A stretch of DNA of 64,000 nucleotides from Scenedesmus sp. PABB004 (lineage: Eukaryota), in assembly GCA_014905635.1 (NCBI GenBank), contig JABVCE010000018.1:620001-684000 (forward strand), written 5' to 3'. Positions 49,428 through 62,284 of the stretch are shown in pieces (position 1 is the first letter of the stretch; every line of letters begins with the position of its first letter). Both the position numbers and the translations under genes were made by a program. The notes below the pieces were generated by a model, which searched no databases, was not told the DNA's origin, and saw only the letters and a list, made by a program, of their open reading frames with translations.

Positions 49428-51357
49428 TCACCCCCGCCCGCCGCCGCCGTCGGCGCCGCCGCCGAGCGACAGCATGCTCGCCAGGCCCTGCACCAGCAGC
49501 CCCGCGACCGACGGCGGCGCGGCGCTCGCTGCCGCGCCCGCCTGCTCCCCGCGCGCGCGCCCGGGCCCGTCCGCCGCCGGCGCCTGCTGGCCCAGGAGCG
49601 CGGCTGGCGGGAGCTGCGGCGTGTCGGACACAAAGTCCAGCGCCGTGCCGCTGCCGCGCTCGCCGTCCGCGCCGCCCCAGCCGGCGCCGCCGCCGTCGAG
49701 CAGCTCGCCCGCGGCCGCGCCGCCGCTCAGCAGCAGGCCCTCCACCGCCGCGCCCACGCTGTCGAGCGCCTCCTGCACCGACGCGATGCCCCAGCCGCCC
49801 TCGCCGCCGCCGCCGCCGCGCAGGCGCGCAGCGAGCGCGGCGAGGCCGAGCGCTTCGATGTCTGCCAGCGCGCCCGCCGCGCCGCCGCCGCCGCCGCCGC
49901 AGCTGCTGTGCGTGCTGACCGGCAGCGCGCCCGGCGTCGCCGGCGACGCCGCCGCGGGCGAGCTCGAGCTCGCGGCGGCGGCGCGCGGCGCGTAGCCGCC
50001 GCCGCCGGCGGCGAGCTCGTCCAGCAGCGCCCGGAGCGGCGCAAACGCGGCGGGCGGCGGCGGGCGCGCGGCGCCGCCGCCGTCGAGGCCCTGCAGCACG
50101 CCCGCGACGGGCAGGCCGTCCTCGAGGTAGTGTGCGAGGAACCAGCGCAGCATGAGCGCGCCGTCGTGGGGCCCCCGCACCGCGTCACCATCGAGGTAGA
50201 ACCAGTCGAGCACCGCGCCGCTGTGCTGCCCCGGCGCCGCCGTGCTCGCCGCGCCGGAGAACAGGCGCGCGGCCGCCGCGACGTCGGCGGCGGGCCGGCC
50301 GGCCTGCAGGCCGTGCGGCAGCACGGGGCGCGGCTGCGCCGGCGACTGCGGCTGCAGCGGGTGCTCGGCGGCGGGCTGCAGCCGCATGCCGCCCGCCTCG
50401 GCCGAGGGCTCATCGCCGCTGCCGCCGCCGCCGCCGTCGTCGCTGCAGGCGCCGGGCGGCGCGCTGCCCGACGGGGCTGCCCCGTCGCCAGCTTCACCGC
50501 CGGCGGCCGCGCCGCGCTCCTCCTGGGCCTGCTCCTGCACGCCCGCCGCCTCGGGCGCGTCCACGTCCGCGCCCGCCGCGCACGCGCCCGCGTCGCGGCG
50601 CAGCTGGAACAGCCGCAGCGGGTCGGCCGGCCAGCTGCGGGTCGACGCGCGCTGGTACGCGAGCGTGAGGTGCCACTGCAGCAGGCTCAGCTCGGCGGCT
50701 GCGGCGGGCTCGCGCTGCGTGAGCTGCTCGACCAGGCCCTGCAGCTTCGCGGCCGCGGCGAGGAGCACCGCCGCGGCCGCCTCGTCGGCGGCGCCGCGCG
50801 CGTCGCCCGCATCGTCGTCGCCGCTGGCCGGCTGCTGCTGCTGCTCCTGCGTCTGCCGCTGCTCGCCACCAGGGCTGCCCGGCGGCGGCGGCCTCCGCCG
50901 GCTCGGGCTGCGCTTGGGCGAGTCGGCGGCCGCCGCGACGTCGTCGCCGCCGCTGGCGGCCGCCACCTCCACGCGCAGCGGTCGCTGTGCCTTGTGCTGC
51001 TGCGGGGGGCCCGGCAGCGCCGCCGACGCGGAGCGCAGCGGGCCGCCCTGGCGGCGCTGGTGCGCGAGCAGCAGCGACGCGCGCAGCACGCAGAGCTGCT
51101 CGTGAAGGCCCCGCCGCTCGCTGTCAAAGGCGTCCCGCAGCTGCCAGAGCTGGCGCGCCTTGGCGGCCACCTCGGCCTGCGGGGCGGGTGGCGCAGTAGC
51201 CGTTGCGGGGCTGGGCGCCCCGCCCGCGCCCGGCGCGCGCCCGCAGCTGCCCCGCGCGGAACCAGCTGCTTTGGTGCGCGCGCACCTCCAGCTCCAGCCG
51301 CGCCGCGAGCTCGCGGCGTGCCTGCTCCGGCGAGCAGGCCCCGCTGCCACGCGCCAT
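49428..51357 (-). CDS. GYF-domain protein with N-terminal coiled coil, 2 exons
   Basis: ATG 51357, one GT-AG intron from 51285. WFYLDGDAVRGPHDGALMLRWFLAHYLEDGLPV fits the GYF pattern WxYxD..GP(F)....M..W...GYF...LxV. Confidence 0.75.
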
Positions 51358-51917
51358 CGCGGGCGGGCTCGGCGCGCGCCGGCAGAGCTGGCGAGCTGCG
51401 CTGCACTCTGGAAATACCTCTGGCAGGTCGGGCGCGTGACGCCGGGGGCTCTGCTGCGCCCAAGGCGGCGCACAAACGGCGGCGTCAGTTTTTGGCCGCG
51501 CGGCGCGTCGCCGCCAAGGGAGCTGCGGCCGCGGCAGGGCGTCCAAAGAGAGAGTTACGCCGCGCCAGCGCTGCGGCCCGTGCGGCGGCGGCCGGCTTGT
51601 GCAGCCGGCCGCCGCCCCCGCCGCGCGTCGCGCGCTGTGGCGCCCGCGACGACGGCAAGCATCGTTTCAGCAGCATGCAGCATGCAGCATGCATGCACCG
51701 GACAAGAGAGAGAGAGACAGACATTCCGCCGCTGCTCTGCCGGCCGCGGCGGCCCCGCCGCCGCCGCGGCCGTGCCCCCGCCCCGCAGCAGCAGGGTGTG
51801 CGCGCCGCCTGCGCTGCTGCTGCTGCTGCTGCTGCTGCCCCCGCCCCCCTTGCACCCGCCCGCGCCCGCACCCGCGCCGCTGCTGCTGCCGCCGCCGCCG
51901 CCACCGCCGCCGGTGGC

Positions 51918-54900
51918 TCAGTAGCCGCCGCCGTAGCCCGGCTGCGGCGCGTAGCCGGCGCCGTACGGCGCGCCCGGCGGCGGCGCGCCGCCCGGCCCCG
52001 CGTCGGGCGCGGGCAGCGCGAGGGGCATGAGCATCTGGTAGCTGTTTGCCTGCGCGGCCGCGGCCTTGAGGCTGCCCGCGGCCGCCTCGACCGCGTCCTT
52101 GGCCTCCGCGCGCTCCGCCATGAGCGTGTCGACCTGTCAGGGGCGCGGCGCAGCAGCGGGGCCGGCAGCAGGGTCGGCAGCAGACGCAGCAGCAGCAGGA
52201 GGGTCAGCAGCAGCAGGAGGGTCAGCAGCAGCAGCAGACGCAGCAGCAGCAGCAGCAGACACATCAGACGCAGCCGCCGCCGGCAGCACCGCGCTCGCAC
52301 CTTGCCCGCGTACTCCTTGACCGCGGCGACCATGTAGGGCATGGCATAGTCCAGCAGCTTGTGCATCCACGCGACCTCCAGCACCACGTCCGGCCGCAGC
52401 AGCTCGTAGCAGGTGTACAGGCACGCCGCAAAGCACTCGGGCTCGCCCGCCGACACAAACCAGCGCAGCAGCTCCTCCGCCAGCTCCGGCGCGCCGCTCA
52501 CGGCGACCGTCTCCATCGCGTCCTTGTACAGCCTGGCGGGACGGAAGGGGGGGGGGTGGTCAGGGGTCAGGGGTCAGGGGTCAGGGGGGGGGGGGGAGGC
52601 GCGCGCCCGCAGCGGGGCGCCGCAGCCGCGCTGCCGCTGGCGCGCCGCCGCCGCCGCCGCCCCACCCCGCTCCCCTGCCCGCTCCCGCGGCCTGCTGCGA
52701 CAATCGCCCGGGCCCCCGCCGCGCGCGCGCGCGCCGCGGGCGCGGGCGCGGGCGCGCACTTGTCTGCCTTGGCCAGCTCCACCGCCTTGCGCCAGCGCAG
52801 GTTCTTCTTGTAGACAAACGCGGCGAGGCGGCGGAACTCCAGCAGCTCGTGCGCCTCCAGCTTGCTCGCCAGGCCGACCTGGGGGAGGGAGGGGAGGGGC
52901 AGGCGGGGCAGGGGGCAGTCAGGGACGGGCCCAGCGGAGCACCGCTGCGCGTGCCGCGGCCGCGTGCCGCCAGCCCGCTCGACGCGGCCCGCGCCGCGGC
53001 GCTCTGCTCCCCCCCCCCTGGGCGCGGCGCGGGCGCGCTGCGTCCGGCCGCGCCTGGTCAAAGTTGTCGTAGGTTGTGATGGACGACCGCAGGCCCTCGT
53101 AGTCCTCCTCCGCCACCAGCAGCTCGTTGACCGCCTCGTTGACCTGGGAGGTGGTGAGGCGCAGCGCCGGTCAGGGGCGGCGCGCGCCCGCGCCGGCACG
53201 GGCGCGCCCAATGCCCAGGCCTGGCTGCTTCCACGCCCGCCCCACGCCTCCAGCAGCCCCCCTCTCGACCCCACCACCACCGCCACCACCACCACCTCGA
53301 CCGCACACCACACACACAACACACACACACACACGCCGCCGCGCAGCGTGCCGCGCGCCGCGCCTCGAGTATGTTTGTCTTCTGCACGTTGACCAGGTAC
53401 TCCTTGATCAGCGGCAGGTGGCCCTCGCGCCGGAACATGCCCACCACGCGCGCGTGGTCCAGCCGGCTGCCCATCGCCTTCATCACGTCGCCCAGCAGCT
53501 CCGGGTGCTCCTGCGCGCGGCGACGTGCGCGGCGCGGGCCGTGAGCCGGGCGCGCCGCCAGCCCCGCGCGACCCAGCGCCGCCGCGCCGCAGACCGCCCT
53601 GCCGGCAGCAGGCCTCCTCCACACACACCCGTGCTCCCACACCACCCCCACACCCCGCGCCCCACCTGGAGGTAGAAGCGCAGCGCCTTGTAGAGCACGT
53701 CCACGCTGGAGACCTTGACGATCACGTCCTTGAACGTCACGTGCTCCCACGCAGACGCGCTGTGCGCCATCATGCACTGCGCAGCGTTGTCGTACTCGTC
53801 GTACTGCGCGGGGCGCGGGCGCAGGGCGTGGAGCGAGCGTCGGCGCATGCGGGTCAGCAGGCGGCGGCAGCGGCAGCGGCGGCGGCAGCAGCGGCAGCAG
53901 CAGGCGCAGCGGCAGCGGCAGCAGCGGCGGCAGCGGCGGCGCGCACCTGGATGTAGAGGTGCACCAGCTCGCGCCAGTGGCCCTGCTCCTCGCACACGCG
54001 GATGAGGCGCGGGATGTTGAGGCGCTTGCCAAAGAGCTTCAGGTGCTCCATGAGCTTCTCCGGCTTGAACTTGGCGTACAGGATGCCCAGCTCGGTGAAG
54101 ATGCCCATGTGCGCGCGCTCAAGGCCCTGAGGAGCGTGGCGGCGCGCGGGCGAGGAGGGGGTGTGAGCCCGGCGCCGGCGGCGGCGGGCAGCGCGCGGCG
54201 GGCGCAGCGCGCGCCGAGTGCAGCTTGCGGCGAGCGCGGCGAGCGCGGCGAGCGCGGCGAGCGCAGCGCGCGGGACGCGGGACGCGGCTCGGCGGGCAGC
54301 GCGGCGGCGCGCGGGTGGTGGTGCGTTGTGCGTGCGCACCAGGCCCGACTCCATGAGTGCCATGAGCTGCTCAAAGTGGCCGCGGGTCTGGTAGAACTCT
54401 GAGACCTCGTCGAGGTCGTCCGCGTTGACGATGATGTTGAGCCCGCACAGCTGGCTCAGCTTGAACTCGCCCTCCTCCACGCACGCAAAGCACACCTGGC
54501 AGGCGGGAGGGCGCAGCGCGCGGCGCGGCGGGTGGGCGGCGTGCGGCGCGGCGCGGCGCGGGGCCCGGGGCGGCGGCCAACCCCCAGCGCGGCCAAGCGC
54601 ACCTCCTTCCAGGTCTTGGCCGAGTTGGCCTTGCGCGCGGCGTCGACGGCCTCCTGGAAGCGGTGCAGGCGCACGAGCGTCGACGCGAGGCGGCCCCAGT
54701 TGGGGATGTGCGTGAAGAGCAGCCGCGCCGCCTCGTACATGCCCTCCTCAAAGCACCTGCGGCGCGGCGCCGCGCGGCGGTGCCAGCGGCGCACGCGGGT
54801 CAGCGGCGCGCCGCCGCCGCCACCGCCACCCGCGCGCGCCCGCGCGCGCCGCGCACCAGCACCCCCCCCCCTCCCCTCCCCCAAAAACACACACGCACAC

Positions 54901-57900
54901 ACGCGCGCACACGCACACGCACGCACCGGTCGCCGACGGCCTGCAGGTTGGCCTGGTGGCTGGAGTGCAGGAAGGCGTCGATCTCGCCGAGCGCGCCCGT
55001 GCGGGCGTGGGCGTAGAGCAGCTCGCTGTCGACGCGCGGCTCCTTGACGCGCTTGCGCACCATCAGCAGGTACTTGACCAGGTCCTCGTACCCCCCGCTC
55101 GCGGTGCAGGCCTCGATGACCTGCGGGGCGGGCGGGCGCGTGCGCGGGGGCGGGGCGGACGGGCCGCGGCGGCGGCGGCGGCGGCGTGGGCGCGTGCGGC
55201 GCGGGCGCGCGGCGGGCGCGCGGCGGGCGCGGGCGCGCGCATGCTGCGCATGCGCGGCGGCTCGCCTGGACGTAGCGGCTGCTGTCCGACGCGCGCAGGT
55301 AGGCCGCGATGGCGTCGGGCACCGCCGCCGCCGCGAGGTAGGCGTGCCCCAGCTCGCTCCACACGGGCGGCTCGTCGACCTGCGCGGCGTGCGCGGCGCG
55401 AGCGGCGGCGTGAGGGGGGCGCCGGCGCGTGCGGCGCGGCGGCGGCGCCGGCGCGCGCGGCGCGCCGCCGTGCCTTGTTGGCGTAGTCGTGCGCGCGGTC
55501 GAGGTCCTTCACGTGCGCCAGCAGCACGCCGATGGCCTCCACCTTCTTGCCAAACTTCTTGAAGATCTCAAACGACTCCTCGTACTGCCCAAACTCGATG
55601 GCCTGCGCGCCGCGCACCGCGCCGCACCGCGCCGCGGCGGCGGCGTGAGCCCCCGCGGCGCGAGCCCGCGCGCGCCCCCCGCGAGCCTGCGCCGCGCGCC
55701 CGCGCCCTGCGCGCCGCCCCCGCCCCGGGCGCCACCGCTCGCCCTGCGCCCCCCCCCCCTCGCGCCCGCCTCACGCCCGCGCACCTTCTCCGCGACCGCG
55801 GGGCCGTCAAAGTTGTCGAGGCGGTTCACGTAGTCCTTGACGCGGCTCGGGTCGGCCTTGATCGCGGTAAGGATGAGCAGGTTCTGCAGGTTGGCGTTGC
55901 TGCTGAACGCGCTGTTGGTGAGCACGATCTTCTCCAGCAGCTCGATGAGCTCCGCCTGCAGCTCGTGCCCCATGAACGCCTTGACCGTCACGCTGACCTG
56001 CTCCGGGTTGCGGCTCTCGGGCAGCGCCGTGCTCACGACCTGCGCGGCGCCGGGATGTGAGCCGGCCAGCGGCGGCGGCGGCGCGGTGTGCAGCCCCGTG
56101 CGCCGGTGCCGCGCGGCGCGCGCGCCGCGCCGCGCGTCGCGCCGCGCCGCCGCGCCTGGTCGATGAGCTGGCGGCGGAACTCGTTGCCCGGCTGCAGCAC
56201 CGCGTCCCACAGCCCCGCGTCGCCGCGGTCGACGACGTAGCGGGCCTGCAGCTTGAAGAGGCTGTTCTTGTTGGTGCACTCCACGAGCGCGGCGTCGCAC
56301 GCGCCGCGCTTGTACGCGACGCACGCGAGCGTGGGGTCGCGGCGCTCCGCGTAGCGCCCGACGACGAGCGAGTCGTAGTAGGGGTTTGTTGTGAGGAAGT
56401 GCTCGGGGTTGTTGTTGGTGTCGATGATGATCTTGCCCAGCGCGTCGTGCACGTGCGGGTCGACGCTGCCCTCGCGGATGAGGTGCTCCAGGAACGGCGT
56501 CAGCAGCTTCAGCCTGTGTGTGTGTGTGTGTGTGTGGGGGGGGGGGGGATGGATGACGCGCGTGACGCGCGGGCGCGCGTGTGGGCGCGGGGCGGGAACG
56601 GAGCGCGCCCGAGGCGGCCGCACCGCGGGCGGCGCCGCGGGCGGCGCGGTGCGCGGTGCGCGGGCCGCACCTGTTGCGCTTCTCCACCTGCTCCACGAGC
56701 GCGTCCACGGGCAGCAGGCTGCGCACGCTGAGGATGAGGTTGTTCACAAAGTCGTCCGGCGCCTCGCAGTCCAGCAGCGCGCCCACGACCTGTGGCGCGG
56801 CGCGGCGCGGCGCGCAGCGTGGGAAGCGGCGGCGGCGGCGGGCGCAGTGCGGCGCGGCGGCGCGGCGTGCACAGCGCGCGCGGGCGGGCTGGGCGCGCGC
56901 GGCGCCGGCGCGTGCGACCGCCGCGCCCCCGCCCCGCCACGCGCCTGCGGCGTCTTCTGCGGCGAGACCTTCTGCACGTAGCCCTCGATGTACTTGAGCA
57001 GGCTCGCGTTGTAGAGGTAGGTGGTCAGGTCCTCAACCAGGTCGTGCCTGTGCGTGGGAGTGCGTGGGCGGGCGGGCAGGTGGGTGCGTGCGCCCGGCGG
57101 CGTGCGCACGGCGGCTGCGCAGGCGCGGCGCACGGCCCGGGCGCGGCGCGCCCGCCCCTCGCGCGCGCCTGTCGCAGACGTTGATGAGCGGGCGCGCGTC
57201 GGGCAGCTTTGCCTCCATGAGGAACGCCTTGACGCGCTCGGGCGGGTAGAACGCGCTCTCCCGCGTCGCGCGCTCGACCTCCTTGATCTGCCCCGTGCGC
57301 GCGGCGGCCTCGATGTACTTGTAGTGCTCCTCCGGGTCCTCGCTGTGCGTTGTAGGGAGGGGGGGGGGCGGCGGCGGCGGGAGGTGTGAGGGTGCAGCGT
57401 GCGCGTGCGCGTGAGCTCGAGCTTGCGTGAAGAGAGGGGGGGGGGGTGCAGCGTGGTGCAGTGTGTTGTGCCACACACGGCTCGCGACAAGCATCAAACA
57501 GCCGGCCGGCCGCCGCCGCGCCGCGCCTGAACGCGATGCGTGCGCCGAGGTAGAGGTAGAGCCCCGGGTAGCTGTTGTAGCTCTCCAGCAGCTCCACCAC
57601 CTTGGCGCTGCCCAGCTGCTCCGTGTACTCCTTGGCGATGTTCACAACGAGCTGCAGGTTGGCCTGCGCGGCGCAACACACGACGCGGCGCGGGTGAGCG
57701 CGCGCGCCGGCGGCGGCCCCCGCGCCCAGCCCCGCCGCGCCCAGCCCCGCCGCAGCGCAGCTCCCCGCCGCCCGCCGCCCCCTCCGCCTCTGCCGCGCTC
57801 GCCGCGCCCTAGGGCGCCCTTGCGCCGCCGCGCCGCGCGCCTGCATGTTTGTGAGCAGCAGCTCCTTGAGGCACTCGAGCGCCCAGTCGGCGGAGAGCGT

Positions 57901-60900
57901 GCCGAAGAATTCGGTCAGCGCCTGGGGGTCGATCGCGTGCGTGTTGACGATGACGCGCTTGAGGTCTTTGAGGTCGGTGTAGTGCTGCAGCGCGCGCATG
58001 TAGAGCCCCGCCTTCTCGCACAGCTGCGCCACGCGCGGGCGGTCGTAGTGCGTGAGCGTGCCGTTGGCCAGGATCGCGTCCGCGACCTGCGGGGCACGGG
58101 CACGGACGCGGCGGCGCGGCGGCGCGGCGGCGCGGCGGCACGGGGCGGGGCGGGTGAGCGGGGCGGCGGGTGAGCCGCGGGATCGCGTCGGCGCGGCGCG
58201 GCGCGGCGCAGAGGCGCCACGGCCCGGCCCGGCGCTGCCGCGGCGCAGCCGCGCGTGCCTGGGGGTTGGTCACGAGGTTGATCTCCAGCAGCTTGGTCTG
58301 CAGCGGCCCCTCCTCGGCCTTGTCGCCCGCGAGCGCGTCCAGCAGGAACGCCGTGCCCTCGCGCACCATGTTGCGCTGCGCGCGGCGCAGCGCGCGCGGG
58401 CGGCGCGTCAGCGGGGCCGGTCACCCGCGCCCCGTGCGCCGCCGCAGACTGCCGCTGCACCCGCTGCAGCGCCGTGTGCGCAGTCGCTGCGCAGGCGCCG
58501 CGGTCGCACCTGGAGGAAGAGGTCTGCCATGGTGTTGACGTCCACCGGCGGCGGCGTCTGCTTGGCGACCATCTTGGCGAGGCTGACCGCGCCGCTGGGG
58601 TTGGACATCATGAGCTGCTGCAGCAGCTGCAGGTAGTTGAGGCTGCCGCCGCTCTGCCCCGTGAACGCCTGCAGCGCGCCCATGTCGCCCTTCTCCGCCA
58701 GCGCCACGATCACCTGCCGCGCCGCGACGCGGCGGCGGCGTCAGCCCCTGCCGCCCGCCGCCCGCCGCCGCAGCTGCCCGCCACGCTGCCGAGCGCCGCC
58801 GCCGCCACGCCCGCCGCCACGCTGCCGCGCGCCGCCGCTGCCACGCCCGCCGCCACGCTGCCGCGCGCCGCCGCGGCCGCCCCGCCGCCGCCGCCCCGCC
58901 GCCGCCGCGCGCTGCACGCACCTTGCCGCTCGCGCCGCAGAGCTGGTAGATCTTGAGCGCCATGTCCTTGTCCCCCGCCGCGCTCACGAGGTCGCCGAGC
59001 TCCTCGCTCGCCTCCAGCTTGCCCTCGTTCCACCAGTTGGTCAGCAGCTCCTTCTTGTTCTGAGCCAGGACCAGCCTGCGCGCACGCGGGCGCGGCGGCG
59101 GGCGGCGCGCCCCGCGTCGGCCCGCCGCCGCCGCTGCGGCGTCTGCGGCGTCTGCGGCGCCTGCGGCGTCTGCGGCCGGGCCCCGCGGCGCCCCGGGACG
59201 CGCCGCGCGGCGCGGCGCCGCACCGCGCGAGCTCCGCGCTCTCCAGCGCGTTGAGCTTGCCGCGCTGCAGCAGCACGCCGAGGTAGACCAGGATGGCCGG
59301 CTTCTGCCCCGCCACCGGCGGCACGCCCTTGAGCCGCTCCACCACCTCGCGCGTGCGCAGCACGCCCTGCGCCCGGGCGCCGCGGCGCGCGCCCGCGGGT
59401 GGGCCGCGCGCCCGCTGCGGCCGCGCCGCGCCAGCGCCCGGCCGCGCCCGCGTCAGCGCCAGCGCACACGCACCTGCGGCGACTCCGCCGCGCACTCGGC
59501 GGCCTCCTTGTACTGCCCCGCGCCGAACAGTCGCTCAAACTGCTGCACCGTGAGGCCCTCCGCGCCCGGCAGGTTGCCGCGCTTTGCGAGCGCGAGCGCC
59601 AGGTCCAGGTTGTTGAGCTGCTGGCTCACAAACGGCACCATCGCCGCCTCGTTGACCGTCGCCAGCAGCACCTGGCCCTTCCTGCGCGCGCGCGGCGCGG
59701 CAGCGGCGGGGCCGCCGCGCGTGAGCCGCCGCTCTTCGCCGCGCTGGCGCTGGTGGCTCCCCCCAACACACACACACGTCCACCACCACCACCCTGCCCC
59801 GCCCCCGTTCCCTGCCCCAGCCCCCCCGGTCGGGTCCGCGCCTGTTGATCGCGAGGATGCCGCCCGTGGACTCGCTCGCGCAGGCGAGGAAGATGGCGTC
59901 GGGGGAGATGCGGTTGCGGTAGACCGCGGTGCCCGTCTCGAGGTCGTACACGAAGAGCAGGCCCAGCTTGGTCACCACGTACACGAGGCCAAAGCGCTCG
60001 CTGATCTGCAGGCTCACCGGGAAGTCGTCCGCAAACTCGGCGGGGAAGAAGAGCTCGGCGTTGCGCTTGACCGCGCCGCCTGCGCCGGCAACAGCGCGCG
60101 GGGGCGCGGGCGTGGGCGGGGCGGCGCGGTCAGCCGCCCGCCCGCCCGCCCGCGCACGGCCGCGGCCGCCGGTGTCCGACCGCCGCGTGCCGGGGGCGCG
60201 GCGGCGCGGCGGCACACCCGGCACGCTGCCGAGCTCGATGACGTGCAGCTTGGACACCACCTGCCCGTCCTTGAGCGCCTTCTGCGCAAAGCTGATGACC
60301 GTGCTCGGCGCGTCGCGGCCCGCAAACTGCGCGGCGCGGGCGCGGCGGGCGCGGCGGCGCGCACGTCGGCGCACGCGCGCGACGGCCGCGGCTGCCGCTG
60401 CGCCTGCTGCTGCGCCTGCTGCGTCTGCTGCCCCTGCTGCTGCCGCCAGGCGCTGCCGCTGCGGCGAGCTCCGCCTGCTAGGCTCCCGCCGCCGGCGCGG
60501 CGCGCGCACCTTGACCGACGAGAACGCGGCCGCGTGCGCCTCCAGCGGCTGGCTCTTCTGCTGGTCGATCGAGAACAGCTGCATCACGCCGCGCGCGAGC
60601 TGCGGCCTGCACGCGCGGGCGCGGCGCGGCGCGTCGGCGCGTGCGGCGCGTCCCTGCCGCCGCCGCCGCGCCCCGCCGCGGCCCGCCGTGCGCCCCGCCC
60701 GCCACGCGCCGCCGCGCCGCGCCGCGCGCCGCCGGTCTCACCGCTCGGGCGCGCCCTGCATGATGCCGATGAGCACGCACCACTTGGCGTCGGGGGAGAC
60801 GCGGTAGCTGATGATCTGCGCGCCCGCGAGGTTGGGCGTGCGGTCAAAGACCTTGGTCGGCGCGTCGCCGGTGCCCTGCGCGCGCGACAGGGGGCGGGGC

Positions 60901-61903
60901 GGGCGCGGGGGTCAGGCGGCGGCGGGCCAGGCACGCGTCTACGGCTGGGGATGCCGCTGCTGCAACTGCTGCTGCTGCCGCTGCTGCCGCTGCTGCCGCC
61001 GCTGCTGCTGCCGCTGCTGCTGCCGCTGCTGCCGCCGCTGCTGTTGCTGGCGCCGCGCGTGCTGCAGCGCCTCCGTCGCCGGCTGCTGCCTGCTGCTGCT
61101 CATCGGCAGCGGGCCTCCTCTGCGCCGGGCGCCGTGCTGCGCGCCAGGCACGCTGAGCGCCGCGCCGCGCTGTGCTGTGCTGCCGCCGCGGGCGCCGCAT
61201 GCGGTCACACCTCGATGTCCCAGTGGTACACACTGCTCGCGGTCACGAGGCCGAGCTTGGTGGGGCTGATCCACTTCCAGAACTCCACGCTCTCGGGCAT
61301 CTGGTGCGCCTTGAGCTTGGTCTTGGTGTCGAGGTTGAACACCTGCAGCGCGTCGCCCGGCACGCCCGCGGTCGTCGCCTTGAGCGCGATGACCTTTTTG
61401 TCGAGGCACATGAGCGCGCTGTCGGCCGTGATTTGGCGGCGCGCGGGGCTCATCGGCGAGGCCATGTCCACGATGACGACCTGGTTCTGCGCGCCGGTCT
61501 CGCGGATGCAGATGTAGCGCTCGCTCTCCATGGAGCAGTTCTTGAAGCTGATGAACTCCGGCGCCACGCCGATGGAGGGAAGCTGCGGCAGCGCGCGCCG
61601 GGGCGGCGGCAGCCGCCCGGGTCAGCCCGGGCCGGCGGCGCGGGGCGGGGCGGGGCCGCGGCGACGCCCGGGGCTGGCCCCAGCAGCTCGGCCACCGGGC
61701 GCCGAGGGCGTGCCGCCTGCTCCCGCGCCCACGCGCCCGGGCAGCGGGCGGGGGAGCGCCCCCGCCCCGCGCTCCGGGGCGACGGCGTGTGCCGCGGGCG
61801 GGCGGGGTGGGCGCGCGGCAAACGCGTCGATCATCGCCATCCCAACCACCCCTCCCCGCACCAGCAGCTTCTCCGCCACCATCAGGGGCGCTGCGGCCGC
61901 CAT
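51918..61903 (-). CDS. CHC: Clathrin heavy chain, 30 exons
   Basis: [137 protein letters not shown]. 29 introns traced, 11 with GC donors. Confidence 0.98.
58781..58872. repeat. 36-bp tandem repeat x~2.5 in CHC intron 9
   Basis: Unit ccacgctgccg(a/c)gcgccgccgc(c/t)gccacgcccgccg. Confidence 0.75.
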
Positions 61904-62284
61904 GGTGCTGCGCTGCGGCCGCCCCGGCGCCGGCGCCGCGAGTCAAGGGCGGAGCGGGGGAGCGCGTGCTCGGGCAGGGCCGAGCGACGAGGACGCCGCG
62001 GCTGCGTGGCCGGGCGTGGCGAGACGCGGAGCGGCGACGGCCGCGGAACAGGGCGCGGGCGGGCGGGGCGGGGAACGCGACGCGCGCGGAGAGCAGCAGG
62101 CGGGGCTCTGTCGCGCGGTCTGGCGCGCAGAGGTGGCTTTTGGCCGCAACGCGCGTCCTGCGTGCGTCCTCCTCCACACCGCCTTCCCCCGCCCCGACAG
62201 CAGCACGCGCCGCCGCCGCGCCGCACGCGCGCGCGCACGCCCGCCAACCGCCCGCGCCGCCGCCGCCCGGGCGGTGCGCCGGCC

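Noticed and set aside
48369..52337. 1322-aa plus-strand ORF and the many other long Arg/Ala/Pro-rich ORFs in the track
   Set aside because: Antisense or off-frame shadows of real genes; stop codons are scarce at this GC content and no conserved motifs are present.
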